In this document: positions 58,545 to 60,487 of the stretch, piece by piece | Layout: each line of letters begins with the position of its first letter | How positions within the stretch are numbered: position 1 is the stretch's first letter | From: an uncultured Alcanivoracaceae bacterium | GTDB taxonomy: Bacteria > Pseudomonadota > Gammaproteobacteria > Xanthomonadales > Marinicellaceae | DNA: 60,487 bases | Direction of reading: 5' to 3' | NCBI GenBank assembly: GCA_947311585.1 | Contig: CAMZLQ010000038.1 | Span: 1 to 60,487 of the forward strand | Program-made: the position numbers and the translations under genes | The notes under the pieces: model-generated | The model's database searches: none | What the model was told of the DNA's origin: nothing | What the model saw: the letters and a program-made list of their open reading frames with translations, nothing else

Positions 58545-59177
58545 ATGCCAATAATCACTGCTCAAGACATCAGTTGCCAACGTGGGAACTTTCTTTTGTT
58601 TAAGCCGGTGTCTTTTTCATTGGATTTTGGTCAGTCTTTACTCATCAGTGGTCCCAATGGTATTGGCAAAACCACTGTTTTGGAATCTATTGCGGGTTTA
58701 CGAGGATTGCAACAAGGAAGACTAAGCTTCAAAGACCAGGATTTGTCGAAATTTAAAGACGATTGGTTTGAGAATTCACTGTATATTGGTCACAAAACGG
58801 GCAATAAGAAAGAACTCAATTGTTTGGAAAACTTACGCTCTTTTTTGCAGATACAAGGCATTGAAGTATTAGAGCCTCAAGCAGAACAGGCATTAGAACA
58901 AGTTGGGCTGGCAGGATACGAATACCAAATGGCTGGCAGTTTATCTGCTGGACAAAAAAAACGCTTGGCTTTGGCGCGTTTATTATTGGTTGATTTTTCT
59001 ATTTGGATTTTGGATGAGCCGTTTGTCAATTTAGATGTATCCGGTTGCGATTGGTTGTTGAGTGTTTTGGATAATCACGTCAAAAATAACGGTATTTTGC
59101 TGATTACCGCTCATGACAATAAAGTCATCAAGAACAAAGTCACGCGTGAATTGATTTTGGAGCCTGCAGAATTATGA
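58545..59177 (+). CDS. ccmA: cytochrome c maturation haem ABC exporter ATP-binding protein CcmA
   Basis: 210 aa. Walker A GPNGIGKTT, signature LSAGQKKRLALARL, Walker B ILDEP. Followed by ccmB and ccmC. Confidence 0.9.
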   Translation: MPIITAQDISCQRGNFLLFKPVSFSLDFGQSLLISGPNGIGKTTVLESIAGLRGLQQGRLSFKDQDLSKFKDDWFENSLYIGHKTGNKKELNCLENLRSFLQIQGIEVLEPQAEQALEQVGLAGYEYQMAGSLSAGQKKRLALARLLLVDFSIWILDEPFVNLDVSGCDWLLSVLDNHVKNNGILLITAHDNKVIKNKVTRELILEPAEL

Positions 59178-59839
59178 AGCCATTTTTAGCTTTAGTTAAA
59201 CGCGACTTAACTTTGGGGTTGCGCCGAAAATCACAAATTTACCAACCACTGGTTTTTCAGCTATTGGTTGTTACCATGTTCCCTTTGGGTTTAGGTTCAG
59301 GTGCAAAAACCTTAGCTTTGATTGCCCCTGCAGTGATTTGGATTTTGGCACTGTTGGCAAGTTTGTTGACCTTGGATCAAATTTTTAAGAACGATTACGA
59401 CGATGGCAGTGTCGAATCGTATGTGTTAACTTCTTATCCATTGCCATTGTCGGTTATGGCAAAGGTGATGGCGCATTGGTTATTATCAGGGCTGCCTCTG
59501 GTATTGTTTTCACCCATTATTGGCGTTTTATTGCACTTGCCTTCTTCCTCTTATGGCATTTTGATGTTGTCTTTATTGATTGGAACCCCTATATTTAGTT
59601 TTATGGGTTCGATTGGTTCCGCCCTAACGATGTCTCTCAAACATGGAGGGTTGTTATTAACCATCTTAGTGATGCCACTTTTAACACCTGTTTTGATTTT
59701 TGGAGCCAGTGCTGTAGTGGAAAGCGCGTTGGGTAATTCTGCAGCACAAGCTTTATTGTTGCTTAGTGGATTATTGATTCTGAGCATTACCTTGATTCCA
59801 TTTGCCGCAGCAGCAGCAATTAAAATAAATTTAGAGTGA
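59174..59839 (+). CDS. ccmB: haem exporter membrane protein CcmB
   Basis: 221 aa, 6 TM. ATGA overlap with ccmA. Position in ccmABC. Confidence 0.9.
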   Translation: MKPFLALVKRDLTLGLRRKSQIYQPLVFQLLVVTMFPLGLGSGAKTLALIAPAVIWILALLASLLTLDQIFKNDYDDGSVESYVLTSYPLPLSVMAKVMAHWLLSGLPLVLFSPIIGVLLHLPSSSYGILMLSLLIGTPIFSFMGSIGSALTMSLKHGGLLLTILVMPLLTPVLIFGASAVVESALGNSAAQALLLLSGLLILSITLIPFAAAAAIKINLE

Positions 59840-59843
59840 TTTT

Positions 59844-60487
59844 ATGCACATACAAAGAACAAACTTTTTAGTCCGGTTTTACCACCAGTTAGGCTCACCG
59901 CCTTCGTTTTATCGAATCAGTGGCTATTTTTTAAAGTGGTTATTATTTATTGCCATCGGATTAACTATTTGGGGTTTATACGATGGTTTAGTTTTAGCTC
60001 CTGCTGATTATCAGCAAGGCGATAGCTTTCGTATTATTTATGTGCATGTTCCTGCGGCTTGGATGTCGATGTTCATCTATGCCATCATGGGCGTTTGTGG
60101 TGCTATAGCCATTATTTGGCGCATGAAAATGGCAGAAGCCGTGATGCTTGCCTCCGCTCCAATTGGTGCATGGTTTACTGTTATTGCTCTAGTCACGGGT
60201 TCCTTATGGGGTAAACCCATGTGGGGAACATGGTGGGAATGGGATGCTCGCATGACCTCAGAGTTAATTTTACTATTCCTTTATATTGGCATAATGGCAA
60301 CCTACTCGGCTTTTAGTGAAGACAACCGTAAAGCAGCACGTATGGCGGCACTCATTGCGGTGGTTGGGGTCTTTAATGTTGTCATAATCCATTTTTCAGT
60401 CAAATGGTGGTCTTCCATCCATCAGGGTAGCACCGTTTCATTAATGGGGAAACAACACATCACATGGGACATGTTACGTCCGTTGCT
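59844..60487 (+). CDS. ccmC: haem exporter / haem lyase subunit CcmC (3' end outside window)
   Basis: ATG 59844. Translation MHIQRTNFLVRFYHQLGSP...RIIYVHVPAAWMSM... includes the Trp-rich WWD motif WGKPMWGTWWEWDARM. Not in the ORF track because there is no stop codon in the window. Confidence 0.9.
   Translation, partial: MHIQRTNFLVRFYHQLGSPPSFYRISGYFLKWLLFIAIGLTIWGLYDGLVLAPADYQQGDSFRIIYVHVPAAWMSMFIYAIMGVCGAIAIIWRMKMAEAVMLASAPIGAWFTVIALVTGSLWGKPMWGTWWEWDARMTSELILLFLYIGIMATYSAFSEDNRKAARMAALIAVVGVFNVVIIHFSVKWWSSIHQGSTVSLMGKQHITWDMLRPL

Overview
This is a 60.5-kb AT-rich, densely packed chromosomal segment. The gene content suggests a chemolithoautotrophic, sulfur-oxidiser-like gammaproteobacterium (Thiomicrospira/Hydrogenovibrio-like), but the taxon is inference only. 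I support about 55 protein genes. I found no rRNA or tRNA genes, no CRISPR array, and no transposase, integrase or phage genes.

Recognisable blocks, in order:
- rpoD 3' end with its terminator, then nth
- a rhomboid protease and a BepA-like M48 protease
- the tusD-tusC-tusB-tusE sulfur relay
- the form II RuBisCO cluster cbbM-cbbQ-cbbO with divergent cbbR
- a cyclophilin
- a hybrid histidine kinase plus a classical kinase/response-regulator pair
- epmB, gluQ, purB and a roxA-like oxygenase
- an MscS-type channel, a GntP permease and an M1 aminopeptidase
- rpsP-rimM-trmD-rplS-rpmB-rpmG
- a Dnr-type regulator convergent with cd1 nitrite reductase nirS
- a haem-type TonB-dependent receptor
- ccmA-ccmB-ccmC (3' end truncated by the window)

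The best candidate for an undescribed system is a five-gene, translationally coupled minus-strand operon (16665->5077). It encodes a cytoplasmic CN-hydrolase, a 1078-aa TPR/FG-GAP/UnbV-like lipoprotein, a 916-aa 5-TM pentahaem cytochrome c with TPR repeats, a 600-aa membrane-anchored CRTAC1-type propeller, and a MASE1-PAS-GGDEF-EAL protein.

Secondary observations:
- a response regulator with no canonical start codon for its receiver N-terminus
- a FimX-like protein with a pseudo-receiver and degenerate GGDEF and EAL motifs
- NirS fused to an extra N-terminal cytochrome c domain, with an FNR/Dnr box upstream
- a 149-bp element bounded by 20-bp inverted repeats upstream of a membrane-tethered cold-shock-domain gene
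- a secreted WD40 / SUKH-like gene pair
- one ORF interrupted by an in-frame stop, and one start-less gene remnant
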